From Eledone cirrhosa (Eukaryota), in NCBI GenBank assembly GCA_964016885.1, contig OZ024744.1, forward strand, positions 58,094,001-58,158,000: DNA of 64,000 nt. Direction: 5' to 3'. The notes under the pieces are model-generated. The model searched no databases. It saw only the letters and a list, made by a program, of their open reading frames with translations, and was not told the origin of the DNA. Position numbers and translations under genes: made by a program. Shown in pieces: positions 25,166-39,017 of the stretch. Each line of letters opens with the position of its first letter. Within the stretch, counting starts at the first letter, position 1.

Positions 25166-26179
25166 TCATGTATATATATATGTGTGTGTGTTGTGTGTGT
25201 ATGTGTGTGTGTGAGAGAGAGAGAAATATAAAAATTCGCTTCGCAATCATAAGGTTTCGGGTTCGATCCCACTGCGTTGTTTCTTGGTCAAGTGTTATTT
25301 ACCATAGCCTCGGTTTGACCCAAGCCTTATGATTGATATTGGGTAGGCGGAAATTGGTTGGAAGCCCGTCAGATTGATTGCGCCTGTAATTCAAAGAACC
25401 AGCCTTGTCACATATTGTGTCATGCGGAATCTCCTTGAGAATTTATTTACTTTAAGCCCTTCTAATTCTATATGTTAGTTCGCCTCTGGGGAGTAATACC
25501 AGTTAATAAGAGACTTATAAATTATTTTTTGTACACTCTAAAGAATCAATTGGGTAGTTATATCGGCAAACGTCACATTCGGCTATTTTTGTTGTCATTC
25601 TTCCATGTTTTCGCTATTCTGTTCCATATTTTGCTGCGAGATATGGGCCATACTCCATTCACATCGTTTTCCATATTAGTTTTCCTTTTTTCCCTTGCTC
25701 TTTTGTAAATTCAGATCTTGTCCCTTTTATTGTACACAGATGACTAAATGCGATAGATAAAGAACTATGAATGTGTGTGGTGTGTGTAATGAAATCAGGT
25801 ACAAATTCATGTACATATACTGAGTCATACCTCCATCAATACAATATGCACACGCACAGAATACTGTAAATGTTGTTGCTATTTTTTTCATTTTTTTTTA
25901 TTACAGTTGTATAAATTCACAGAAGAATAACGTTGCAATATATACGTAACGTTTTAAATATATACATAAATAACATTACATATGCGTAAATAACACCAAA
26001 AATTGCTCGCAATTCATTCAGAAAAACAAATATGTCAAAGCCGTGTATAATGACACAAAAATATAAATTCAGGAACAAAAATGATAAAGAAAAGAAAGAA
26101 GATGGAAAAAGAAAAGAAAAATGGTGGGGGACAATTCACCACAAAGTGCGACAGTCTGCAACACCTAACACCTTGGGGT

Positions 26180-26750
26180 TTAACTGTACACTTTCAGGTA
26201 AGCCAACACTCTTGCAACATTACCACGGGTGATGACGAGGCTAAGGCGCTGAAATAACCAGGCACCCTCACGGGTATCACTTGCCACCTCAGTAAGGCGA
26301 GCCGCCAGTGAAGACAAGAACTTCGCTGTCAGCGGCCCAATTCCACCGAACGTCTCGAACGCCACAGGCTGGAAAAAATAATTGTTTCATAAGTCCTGGT
26401 ATTTCTGTATTTTATACCGTTTGGCAGCAGAAGCAGTGACCCGCGCATTCACCGCGGCGTCCATGATATGGGAGGGGGGAAAAGAGTGTGACGTCCCAGA
26501 TCAGACACCTACCTCTTACCATGGAGCAAAGGGTAAGACCGTCTGGTCTCTTCCCATCACTTCTAGATAAACCAGCCGGCTCCAGAACTGTGGGGATATT
26601 AACCTGAGCCAGAGCGAGTTTGATGATCAGGTTTAGCTCGGTGTTACGGGCAAAACGACCAACATTCTGGCGGCAGGTCAAACCATGTAAACTTGTGGAG
26701 TCGAGGGACCGACCACAGCGGCATATCAGACCCCAACAGACGTCGGCTCC
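26180..26750 (-). mobile_element. 3' part of a CRE-type REL retrotransposon
   Basis: CRCG..TCRQNVGRFARNTELN..LEPAGLSRSDGKRPDGLT..LIWDVT..AFETFGGIG..WLFQRLSLVITRGN. Confidence 0.88.
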
Positions 26751-26869
26751 TACTGTTTTTGTTGATAGTGGTAGTGGTTGTTGTTATTGCTGCTGTTGTC
26801 GTCGCTGTCACTTGATTTATTATTTAGTTGTCTAATAAAAGCGAGGTTCTACTACTACTACTAATAATA

Positions 26870-27062
26870 GTTTCTATATTTGGCACAAGGCCAGCAATTT
26901 GAAGGGAAAGGGAAAGTCAATTAAATCTACTCAGTATGTTACTGGTACTTTATTTTATCGACCTCCGTAAAGATGAAAGGTAAAGCTAACCTCGGTGGGA
27001 TCGAACTCAGAACGTAAATGCCGCAAAGCATATTGTCTGACGCTCTACCGATACTGCCAATA
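26870..27062 (-). mobile_element. tRNA-derived SINE
   Basis: Reverse complement gives an A-box-like TGGCAGTATCGG and a B-box GAGTTCGATCC. Confidence 0.85.
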
Positions 27063-27677
27063 TTGCTACGTCACTGTACTATTCGTGTTATTATTAAAGT
27101 ATTATTAATATGCCCCTGGAATGGTTGGATAATTCCATTGCAATCATCTATAAATAGTGCAATCCTGAGTGACTTTTTTTTTCACACGTTGAACTTATTG
27201 ATTGCATCAATGCAGGAGCAACTGTTTCCATGCCATCTCACATTGAAGGCATTTTTACACATTTGCTTTCAATTCTTTACACATGCACTATACGCTGGTC
27301 TTTCGACCGTTGACTCGTAAAATCAACCAGTAAGTGTCTAAGCATTCCATAGACAGGTGTACCATTAACGTGACAATGTGTGACAAGTCTGATCCTTTAA
27401 ATTACATGTATAACCCTTTTATTTGTTTTTTTTTTCTGACACGTGAGTTGAGTAGAGCAACGTGAAATATAGTTATTGTCTTCCTCATTCATTTATACAT
27501 CGTAATGATATTTTCAATGGACGCACATACCACGTCTCATCATATCTCAACCGTTCAATGTTTGAATAAAACATTAGAGGACTATGTACAATTTTTTAGG
27601 TTAATCTAAAACTGCTATATCTGTGTGTATGCGTATCTTTATATATATATAGATTATAAATATATATATATATAGAT

Positions 27678-27718
<41 letters not shown>

Positions 27719-29064
27719 TTTAATTGATCGTTTCCATAAATACACACAGTAAACCCTCGTTTTAAGATCTTTGTAAATATTCGCCGGTTAATCGTAATTC
27801 CTCGCCATTAACCAGTCTACATATTGTTAATCAGAACGATGCATTAACTCACACTAACTCAGTAATAGGCGTGTGAATAAAATAAATATCACTTGATATT
27901 TGTTTCCTTCGGGTATTTTAGCTGGCGATGTAACTATCAATGCAATACATTCATGCAATTTTTTTAATGTGCCACACCCTAATATGCTTTAATTTAATTT
28001 TTACCCATTCAGAGCCGCGGGTGGCGAATAGCGATATGACCACCAGATATGATGGTGAATTGCGATATAAATGGGCTCCTTCCGGACGAATAAACCCCAG
28101 GCAAACAGTGATACACTTCTAAACGAGATGGAGCCATGGGTGTCACTGTTAGCTCCTAAGAAAACTCTCATAACCCAGTAATGTTGTTACGATGAGGTGA
28201 ATAAAGGCCACTTCTAAAAAAGCCTAGTCTGCACGGGTCTGAGAAAATTACCAAATTGATAACTGACGCGAATGAGACACCAAAGTAGTAAAGGCTGTCA
28301 TACCACATCATCCTTTGTGTGAGATAAGCGATAAGCCTTAGGTAGAGGGAACTGTTAAAAAATATATTGCACTCTCCATTCTTCAATGCTGCAAGAACTT
28401 ACGATGGGACCACGACCTGCCCTGGAGGCATGGAATGAATCAAACTTCATATATATATTATACTAGCTGACGTACCAGCTTCGCCCGGATAAACAGATGA
28501 TAAGAGAAGACAGGGAAAGAGAAAATGACTAATGGATGTTTGTCTGGGTTACAGTATGGAGCGAGACCGTGCTGTGTGTGTGTGTGACAAAAACTAAAAA
28601 ATCTTCCAGATAAACACCAAGTTCTTCGTTTTACCATGCAACATGTTCAATAAATGAAATAGCTATTCCATGCTGGGGGTCGCTTCTCTCTCTGTAAGTA
28701 ATTGGCTGTGTTCAGAGATGGAAAAGGATGGGCTCTGCTTGGTGTTCAAATGTCGAAGTTCAGGACTCATGCCCTAACAAAGTGAAGAAACACAGCCGTG
28801 TGGTCAGTGTGTTAGACTCACAATCATAAGCTTATGGTTTCAATTTGAAAAATGTAATTCTAGATGAGTTGCATTCTTAAGCAAGACACTTCATTTCACA
28901 TTGCTTCAGTTAATTCAGCTTTAAATGAGTCCCAGCAATAGCTGGGGGTTTATTACTAATGAATAAGTTCCAGCCTGATTATTGCTATATTTATCTGAAA
29001 AGTTCTTATATAATTTTATGTAAGAATTTTTTGTTAAGTTATGTTCCAAACACCAACATAATAA

Positions 29065-29575
29065 TTGTTTCTACTTTAGGCACAAGGCTAGCAATTACCC
29101 AGTACATTACTGGTACTTTATTTTATCGATCCCGTAAGGATGAAAGGCAAAGTTAATCTCGGCGGGATTTGAACTCAGCCTGTAAAGGGGCGTAACTATG
29201 CTAGAAAGCATGGCGTCCAACCTTCTACCGATACTGCCGTTTCTGATTTAGGCACAAGGCCAACAACTTTTGGGGTAGGGGAAAAGTCAATTAAATTGAC
29301 TCCACTACATTACTGGTACTTTATTTTATCGATCCCGTAAGGATGAAAGACAAAGCTAACCTCAGCAAGATTTGAACTCACAAACATAATAATGATTTCT
29401 ACTATAGGCACAAGGCCAGCAATTTTGGGAGAGGGGAAAGTCAATTAAACTTTATTGACCTCATAAGGATGAAAGGCAAAGCTAACCTCGGCAGGATTTG
29501 AACTCAGATTGTAAAAGGCTGTAACGCTATGCTGCAAAGCATGATGTCTGACGTTCTACCAATACTGACAATCCA
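29065..29575 (-). mobile_element. Three head-to-tail SINE copies
   Basis: aggcacaaggc..gatgaaaggcaaag..gatttgaactcag is repeated from about 29075, 29250 and 29405. Confidence 0.85.
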
Positions 29576-30034
29576 CTATGCTCACCAACATAATAATGAG
29601 AAAGTTTGTGATTTTACTAAATCTCTCCAAATTCTGGATTATTTTCAAAATTATTTTTAAATGATAGGACATGTCTTTCATGAAAGATATAGTGGCAAAA
29701 AGGTTAAGGATTCACGGGTCTGGAATGATCATCCGCTTGCACATTTATTTCATGAGCAGGTGTGTACTGTTTGATCAGACAGCTGGAACACTCATCATCA
29801 AAACTGATGGAGGTCCATTCCATATATTTGTATGTCTACAGATGATACATACATTAAAAGATACACACAGAATTACTTCTGCTTATAGGTATTTGTATTT
29901 CGATAATATCATATAATTATGACTAATAGGAATATGAGTCATGTTTATTACATGAAAGTGCAGTCAATGGATCCTCCATAGGTTTCAGCAATGAGTAAAC
30001 CAGTTGTTTCAACATTATCATCATCATCATATGG

Positions 30035-30152
30035 TTTGAGTTCAAATCTCGCCGAGGTTAACTTTGCCTTTCATCTTTACGGGGTCGATAAAATAAAGTA
30101 CCAGTAATACACTGGGATAATTGCTGGCCTTGTGCCAAAAGTAGAAACAATT
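30035..30152 (+). mobile_element. tRNA-derived SINE, 5'-truncated
   Basis: gagttcaaatctcgccgagg..ccttgtgccaaaagtagaaac. Confidence 0.8.
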
Positions 30153-30914
30153 ATCATCATCATCATCATCACCATCACTATCACCATCATAACCATTACT
30201 ATCATCAACATTGTCATCATCATTTAATATCTATTTTCCACACTTGCATCGGTTTGACAAGTTGTCACGTTAGAAGACAAATCAGGTCAAGCGACCACGC
30301 CTTACTCATGGAACAGTTGGATGCTCTTCCTAATGCAAACCCCATTACAGTGTGGACTGAGTTCTTTTTATAGTGGCACCAAAATTACCATCTGACAGGG
30401 TGTCTTGGGTGTTATTTTTTCATGTGTGTGTGTGACAAAAGAAAAAAAAAACAATCAAAAATCTTCCAGATACACCAGATTCTTCATTTTACCATTTGTG
30501 CATAGTATATGAAAATTTCTAGATGTCCCCACTCGTGAACAACCTACATATTACTCCATGGGTAAAAAGCAATTCTCTTGTATTCAATTCTACAACTTTG
30601 AAACTCTGGGCCTAAGCTTTATGTACGGTCAAAGCAAAACTGGTTCTAACAGGGACCTGAAGTTTTGAGAATTTGAATGGCAGCTCAGTAGAGGAAGGGA
30701 TAAGAGGAATCTTGGGAATAAATATATTTTCTCCAAGAATAGTGACGTCTAGGAGATGGTTTCATCTTCTGCTTGACTGTTAAGTGTCTGTCACTGCATA
30801 GACGTGGTTGGTCCTTGTTTCTCAAAAGGATGATGGAAGTTTCAATCTTTTGTATTCTATACATATATATATATATATATATAAAAATGGAAAAAAATTG
30901 AAATTTTTTCCATT

Positions 30915-31195
30915 TATCGTTCTCGGTACACCCGGCCGACTAACTCACTCGATATGCAAATTAGGCTGCTCAGCCATTAATATGGATAAGGAAAGTATAT
31001 ACTTTCAAACGTTCAATCGACTGACAGGAAGGTATATAGTGCTGATGACAGCTAATAAGCTAGAAACTAGTTCATCGTTCCTTTGTCAGTGTTGAACAAA
31101 AGGGCAACGATGGTTGCCGAACACTGTACGGCTACAAATTCGGGCTGTTTGTTTACAAACAAACCGAGCATTATAATAAATGTTCGGTAAACCCA
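30915..31195 (+). mobile_element. Penelope-like 3' remnant with a minimal hammerhead motif (31042-31073)
   Basis: AINMDK resembles the end of a GIY-YIG domain. It is followed by CTGATGA-cAGCTaataAGCTa-GAAAC-TAG-TTC with palindromic AACTAGTT. Confidence 0.55.
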
Positions 31196-31274
31196 TACGT
31201 ATATATATATATGTGTGCATTTTTGTATGTATATACATACTAGTGTATGTCTGTATACATATATGTATGTACGT

Positions 31275-31637
31275 ATCATCATCATCACCGTTTTACGTCC
31301 GTTCTTCCACGCTAGCATGGGTTAGACCGGTTGTCCTGTTGTGTGCAGTGTCTGGTCGGCTGACTATACCTTGCTCATACAGGAACTGATTTGGCTTGAT
31401 TTCTACAGCTGGTTGCTCTTCCTAACACCAACCTCATTTACAGTGAGTGCTGGGTGCTTTTTCGTGGTGCCTACACGTCCACTTTACAGTGTGTGCTGGG
31501 TGATTTTTTGCCGTAGCACCTCCACGACCACCTTGCGGTGGAGGGGGGGAGGGGGCATATTGTCTATATGCTTCAGCTTGTACCCATGGGAGGTCGGGTA
31601 CTCTGTATTACTGCGTGACGCCAGAGGTCACGGTCGT
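31275..31637 (-). mobile_element. RTE 3'-UTR-derived short element
   Basis: Near-identical inverted copy at 41628-41995. Shares its tail with 55085-55343. Confidence 0.85.
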
Positions 31638-32741
31638 ATACATACTTATATTTATATGTATGTAAATATGTGTATGTGTGCATGTGTATGTGTAAACCAG
31701 CGTTCAAATCGGAGATGCTGGCTGCAAAACATGATCCTCACTGACAACAAATGCAACCTGCTAGAAATAGCAGTCAGGTTGGTTAGCATACCCGGGATGT
31801 ATTTTCTTCTTCGATGTTATAAAATTAGGAGCAATAAACCTTCATGGATATACCCTTATTCCATTGGTGTACTTACTTTTCGATTGTCACTTTTTTGTTT
31901 TTGTATGATGCATGAACGAACCAACCAACAACCATCTCCCTTTTATATTATATATTGATTATAGTGTATGTGACTGAGTATTCCATAGATTATACTTAAT
32001 GTAATCATTTGAATTACAGGTACAGACTGTACCTGTAATTCTTAGCGTACATCTATCACATCTTCATTCACCCTGGAATTCTTAGAACTTTTTCACCCAC
32101 CCACCCACCAAACATCATCTATAAGCTTTACCTGTCCCATACCAACACCATTTTCTTTTTTGCACACTACATCTGATTCTTCTTATACCTAATTTTCCCC
32201 TTCAACTCAGCTGTGCTTCATCAGTCATGCACAAGAACTTCACACATCCAAATAGAGCATGCTTAATTCATTTCTTTCCAGCTTTCTCATATCCACTGCA
32301 TTCAATACTCATGCCTCACTATCATGCAACATTGCAGTTAATATGTAGGCATCATATTTACTCTTTACTCAAAGGAAGAATCCCTTCATTGCCAGCAAAA
32401 GTAAAAGCTCCCTAAATTATTTCCACACTTCTTATTCTGGCTACTTTGTGTTTAGAGTACACATGTCCACTGCTAATTAGGTTACCTAGATAGCAGAAGC
32501 TATCAACTACTTCTATGGAATCTTCATTCGATTGAAAACAGTTTATTTCAATGGTGCTCATACTATTAACTACACGTATTTGTTTATCTCACATAAAATC
32601 CACTTAGTGCAACAATTATAATTATAAAATTATTCATTCTGTTGGATTAAAAATAAAAATAATCTTTAAATATACTTATGTGCTTTATCACTTTTACCTT
32701 TTAACTATAACCTTTGATTTTCAACTATATGTGTGTGTATG

Positions 32742-32864
<123 letters not shown>

Positions 32865-33120
32865 CTGAAGTTACATCCAGTGAAGCCTCCAACCCACACT
32901 GTAAAATGGTCATGAAGATGTCACAGCAAAAAGCGCCCAGTACTCACTGTAAATGAAGTTGGCACTAGGAAGGGCATCCAGCTGAAGAAACCAAGCCAAA
33001 TTTGGTTCTGTATAAGCAGGAGATGGTCACCTGACCTGGCATTGCTCACAACAGGATAATTCGTCTAACCCATCCAGCGTGGAAAAATAGATGTTAAACG
33101 ACAATGATGTTGATGATGAT
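32865..33120 (+). mobile_element. RTE 3'-tail-type short element
   Basis: gttggcactaggaagggcatccagctg..aacccatccagcgtggaaaaatagatgttaaacg followed by (GAT)n. Confidence 0.75.
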
Positions 33121-33789
33121 ATCCCTGCTAGCAAGGGTTGGACGGATCTCCACAGACTGTGTCTGTACTTCAGCAGAACTACAGACCTCTTAGATGGACT
33201 GAGGCCTATATCTCACTTATATACATTCCCATGCTCTAACAAGTGCATTTTATCATGACACCATCAATAAGGAAGTTGTTAGGTCTTTCACACAGCTGAA
33301 GGGTCCTGCCTACCCCTTGTTTAGCAAGCTTTCTATAGCTTGATGTCTTCCTATCACCAACCACTTTATAGAGTGTACTGTGCGCCTTTAGATTACCAGC
33401 ACTGGAGAGGTTGTCAGTCATTATCTTAATTGAAGAATCCCCTCTGCCCTGTAGAGGTGGAGGGAAGAGAGAAGGAAGAGAAGTATGATGTTATAGGTGT
33501 ATAACAAATGTGGTGGAATTTGACAGGGTGATGAGTATGAGGGAAGGCATGACCTTCGATAGTATAGGGGCGTGATGTACTTACCTATGTGTCAAGATTT
33601 TAGGTGAGTAGTGACTGTAAGAATAACCACAAAGGGATAATAGGGGAAGGGACAAGGATGGGGTGGGAGTGTACTCACTAGTGTGTCACATTTTTATGAA
33701 GGTTTAGTGATAGTTTAGAATGGCTGAAAGTAATAGCAGAGGGGACATGGATGGGCTGTGACTGTACAGTGGTGGTGAGGATAGCTACT

Positions 33790-36360
33790 AAGGAGTGCTA
33801 GAGGAGGGTCACCATTGAGAGTGCCCTGGACTCCAATTGAGCCAGTGACTGGGAGCGCGCCTCTTCTATTTCACCCCACTCGCCCTCGGCCTCCCCAGCT
33901 CTGGCGCTGACTGAGGTGGCCTGTTGACTGCAACCGTTGTCAAGGCCAATGTTTCGTCCTTTGGGCAAGCACCCATTCCAAGAGTGCCGAAGGATCCACG
34001 CCCCCTGCTCTCAGGTGCCTCCATTCCTCCACCCCTGAGGCCAGCGCCAAGCATTTGCGTGACCGCGTAAACACTAAACTAATCATGGGTGATGTCTCAG
34101 CTGCACTCAGAGTGGTTGCTTCAGAGGACACTGTCCTCCAACCCGCCGAGAATGTCCTGGCTGCCCTGACCTCCGATCCATACCCCACCTGCTCCTTGTG
34201 GCTTCCGACGCAGACATCATGTCTGCCATCAAGTCCTTCCCAGCAAGCAGCAGCGATGGTGTTGATGGTCTCTGACCTGGCCACCTCAAGGAGTTGCTAT
34301 CCCTCCTCTCTGCTGAGGCCAGGCGCTGCCTTCTGAGTGCAATTGTGGTACTCACTCATAGACTTATCCATGGCGCCCTGGATCCTCACACCTGAGGCCC
34401 CTTTTTTTTGGCTAGCCTGATCGCTCTCAGGAAGAAAGAGGGTGGCATAAGCCCTATCGCTGTGGGCAATGTCTTCCGGAGGCTGGCTGCTAAGGTGGTC
34501 TGCAGGTCCATAACACCTGAACTGGGTGAGGAGTTCAGTCCAGTGCAACTGGGTGTCGGCATGTCCGGTGGCTATGAGGGGGCCGCACATGCAACCAGGC
34601 AGTTCTTCAACAGCTGCCCACCAGAACTGGCATCCAAGGAATCTAGGCACCACATTGTCAAGCATGACATGAGGAATGCTTGACAATGTGGCCTCCCTGT
34701 AATGTGGAGCCCTGAGCATGTTCCTTGCTGCTGATACGGTCATACCTTCTGCCACTGGGGTCCAACAGGGTGACCCTTGGGCCCCCTCCTGTTTGCCCTT
34801 GGTATAGACCACATTGCCCGGAGTATCATGGCCCCTCTCAACGTTTGGTACCTGGATGATGCTATGTTGGGCGGGCCTGTGGAGACTGTCTGCCATGACT
34901 TTCAATCGGTGGTTCCTGCCTTGGCAGGAATCGGCCTCCAGGTCAACTCGTCCAAGTCGGAGGTGGTGAATGTCAACCATTATGCTGAAAGCTTTGCAGC
35001 CTCCATCTCGGACATGCGGTCCATTCTCCACCAAGTACAGGTGACCTCTAAAGAGGATATCCTCATCTTCGGGTCACCGATCCACCCACTGGCCATCCGC
35101 TCCATCATCAGGTCCAGGCTCCAACAACTCCAGACCACCATGAGCCGACTGGACTTGATCAACAGCCACCCAGCTCTCTTCCTGGTGAAGAACTGCTTCG
35201 CCATACCAAAGCTCCTCTACACCCTTCGCAGCACTCTGTGCTACACCCACACATCTCTCCTCGCTGACCTCGATACTTGTATCCGAGAAGCAGCTGAGGA
35301 GATATGCAATGTCAGATTTGATGACATTGGATGGCAACAGGCCACTTTATCTGTCAGATATCGTGACCTTCGCCTCCGGTCCCCGATCTTGCTGGCATTA
35401 CCAGCATTTCTTTCATTGGTAACCTCATGCCGCATCCTCGTAAGCAGGGTTCTCCAAAACACAATGGAACCCTCTGTGATCAGGGAATCGGTTGAACTGA
35501 GCCCAGTAGACGTCCGTCCTCCTTCTCCCTCTGCTGACGTCAAGTCCCCCCCCCCCAAAGCATTTGGGATGCCATCCAGTGCATCCTGGCCTCAAACAGG
35601 CTCACGCACCAGTTCGACCAGCACCGCTTTGCCTGTTTTCGCGCGGCCTCCAAACCCCACAGTGGTGCCTGGCTCCATGCCTTGCCCTCATTCTCCACTG
35701 GCACGCAGCTGAATAACAATAGCCTGCAAATCAGCGTTTCCTTGAGGCTTGGCCTCTGGATCTGCCAGCCACACCAATGTCATTGTGTATCAACCGTGGA
35801 CTCTTTCGGCCTCCACCCGCTTTCCTGTTGCCACAGTGCCGGCCGCCTTCCACGGTGAGGTCATAAAGCATGGTTTGGACGATGCAGGCTTCCCTTCCCA
35901 CCTTGAGCCGGTGGGGCTGGACCGAGGGGACGTCAAAAGGCCAGATGGTATGACCATCTTCCCGTTCCGTGGTAGCCAACCCCTCATCTGGGATGCCACT
36001 TGCACCGACACTTTCTGCAGCCACAACCTGGTGCAGTCTGCAACTAACTTAGGTACTGCTGCACGTCAGACTGAGGAGGCCAAACTCTCCAAGCACAGGT
36101 CGCTCTCCAGCAGGTTCACAGTCATGCTCTTGGCAGTGGAGATTTCTGGTGTCCTTGGCCCTAGGGCTATCTCCCTATTCACCACTATAGGCGCTGAGCT
36201 TGCCAGCCGCAGGTGTGAGCCTCGCGAGTTGGAATGGCTCTTCCAGTGCATCTCTCTTACCATCCTCCGGGGAAAAACCTTCTCCATTCTGTCTGCCAGG
36301 GCTGTGGGGAGGCCACCATGTGGGGCCCCATTTGCTCACCATACGGATTAAGATATATAA
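33790..36360 (+). mobile_element. CRE-clade non-LTR retrotransposon (RT, CCHC finger and REL endonuclease), frameshifted
   Basis: GC-rich block reading LIALRKKEGGISPIAVGNVFRRLAAK, PVQLGVG, GVQQGDP/LGPLLFAL, WYLDD, SGAWLHALP, CHC, LEPVGLDRGDVKRPDGMTIFPF..LIWDATCTDT and LAVEISGVLG. Confidence 0.92.
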
Positions 36361-37943
36361 CCTCTCTTTTTTTTTATTTACTCTTTAACACACATACTCC
36401 ATAAGCACACACACAGATACTACATCAGAACTAAAGCACTCACAGATGGGTCGGGGGGGTTGAACCATGTCTTACCCAATGTGTTTCATTTTTGCCATAG
36501 TTAAAAAAAAAATGTCTAAGAGAGAGACTTCAAAGAATAACCATTAGTAAAATAACAGAGGTGCTACCCCAAACTAAAGCTGAGTAGAATGAGTTTTTTA
36601 ATTATGAAGAAAGTGAGGTGTCAAAATATTTTTTTTATTACTAAATGAGTCAAGGCATGCAGAAAGAAAGCAAAAGTAAAAGAAATATAACTGTGATGCA
36701 GTCTATTCCATTTTGTTCAGTTTCTGAATACAAATAATGGAATTTCTATGTGGGTTGTTAGTTGTGGATTGTAAGTTTGATCTCCACTTCTGGAGAACTG
36801 AGACACTGAAAAGGCTTCTAAGTATTTTCGTCTGAGATATTCTTCTGCCAAAAGAACTAAAAATGTTATTTCAATTTTAAAATATATATATAAGACAAAC
36901 AATTGGAGGAAATATTTGAGGTAGAATTCTGGCAACTTGCCAGTAAATGGGGAAATATTATCACATGGACCATGGTATGCTTGGACACTTATGCAATCTG
37001 TAAGGAATTTGAAAATGATAATTGCTTATAAAAATACTAAAAATGTAACAGTCAAGATTACATAGGATTATGGGTACAGGTATAGCTATGTGGTTAAGGA
37101 GTTTGCTCTGCAGCCACATATTTTTTGGTTCAGTCCCACTGTTTGCCACCTTAGACAATTGTATTCTGCTACAGATTTGAGTCAACCAATGAATGCTTTG
37201 TGGCTGGAATTTGGGAAATGAAAACTATGCAGCAGCCTGTTGTCTGTGTGTATGAGTGTACATGTGCATGTGTGTTCGTATCTGTGTTTACATTTACTTC
37301 ATTCAAATCCAAGGCTATAGACAATTTCCCAAGATACCACATAGTGGGGCTTAGCCTGAAACCATCTAAAAGTGAACTACTTAATCACACAGCTACATCT
37401 GCACCTATAATTCCATGTATGTATGTATATATATCACCATAATCAACATCATCATCCTCATTATCATAACAATTTAACATCAATTTTCCCTGCTAGTAAG
37501 ATTTGAATGGGCCATTGTATACACTAAGGAGTGAAGGCACTGTGATAAGAACAACTGACTGTTGTTCAAAGATTTAAAAAGGATATCTTAGATTAGTTAT
37601 TAAAGAGATGGTACATGGGTAGAGCAGCTTGCATTTTTATGCTAGTAGGCAAGGCTTTTCCAGTACTGAACATCACCACCAATCCTTACAGTTCTTTGTC
37701 ATCTCTGTCATGAGAGTCAGCCTTCTAAAGTTGGTTTTCACTCCCTCATTCCATGTCTTCTTAGGTCTACTTCATCCATAAATCCCATCCATTGAGATTT
37801 CCCAGTATTTCTTTATACAGCTGTCGTCTTCCTTAAGCATCACATGTCCTCACCATCACAGTCTTGTCTCTTGCACACTCCATCCAATCTCTCTTATGCC
37901 AAGTTTTTTCTCTCAGCTTGCTTACTAACTACACTGATCTTCA

Positions 37944-37986
<43 letters not shown>

Positions 37987-38788
37987 GATATATATAAGGC
38001 CCCCCTCGGTCACTAATGACCATGGTTTTGCACCTTGAAAGTTTCCCTCCAAGGCTCAACTTTGGGCAAGATTTGTTTGTGGAAGACCAGCAGTCATCTT
38101 ATTCAAGGACACAACGCATCACCAAGTCTGAGAATCAAACAGACAACTTCTCAATTGCAAGCCCAATACTCTAACCACTAAGCCATGTACCTTCACCATG
38201 CACCAACCGACAGTCGATTTGAACACTGCTGCACCAAATATTGGTAGCGTAGTGTATCTTCAATGTATCCCTGGGTTAGTTATAGGCAGGACATATTTAT
38301 TCCAATTGCATATCTGTAACCAATGATGGTTTCCTTGTGTATCTTCTTTGGAATAATAGGTACACCATATCCCTGCTTATCATAAGAGGTAACTAAAAGG
38401 GTTGGTGTCAGGAAAGGCATCTGTCTGAAAATGTTACTTCAAAAAGAATCCCATAATAAGTATGAAGCCTGCCATGGGATCTGTAAGGTTAACACCTGCT
38501 TTACTGGGGAAATAGCCTCAGAATATTTTTGCATGTGTGTATGTGTATTTGGTTTAAAATAGGTATGCTGCATGTCATAAGAGACAGCTAATAGGGTTGC
38601 TATCAGGACAGGCATCCAACTGTAAAACACTGCCTCAAAAAGGATCCCATGATTAATATAAAATCTGTTATAGGATCTGCAAAGCTAGCCCCTGCTTTAG
38701 TATGTAAAACAGTTTTAAAATGCTTGTTGTGTTGTGTATTGTATTAGTAGAGAAATAAGGAACAGCTTATTTTTAGAGCTCAGTTCTC

Positions 38789-39017
38789 TTAATCATTTAG
38801 CATTTAAATTACTCTATATTTACTATTATATTTTCACAGTAAAGGCTTTACCTCAGATAATTATCTCAATTAATATTGAATCTATGAGATTTTGATATTA
38901 TTTATTTTGAGAACAATACCTTAACATAAGTATGAGTGGCCAGTTACTGCCAGTTTGAACAAAAGGAGGTGAGAGAATTCTGGCCCAATATGTCCAGTTT
39001 AAATGCTAAAGGATTAA
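38789..39017 (-). mobile_element. piggyBac-type MITE
   Basis: Same family as 13779-13974, with TTAA at both ends. Confidence 0.75.

Noticed and set aside
25845-25856. Metal-response element TGCACAC upstream of the His/Cys gene
   Set aside because: A single 7-mer in CA-rich sequence, expected by chance.
26985-27062. tRNA gene
   Set aside because: A/B boxes are present, but there is no cloverleaf and it is fused to a SINE body that recurs many times.
27745-28400. Possible pogo-type terminus (cagtaaaccctcg) and decayed transposase
   Set aside because: No partner TIR or convincing protein motif was found.
31341-31958. 205-aa ORF
   Set aside because: Non-ATG start; composed of an RTE-tail element and microsatellite.
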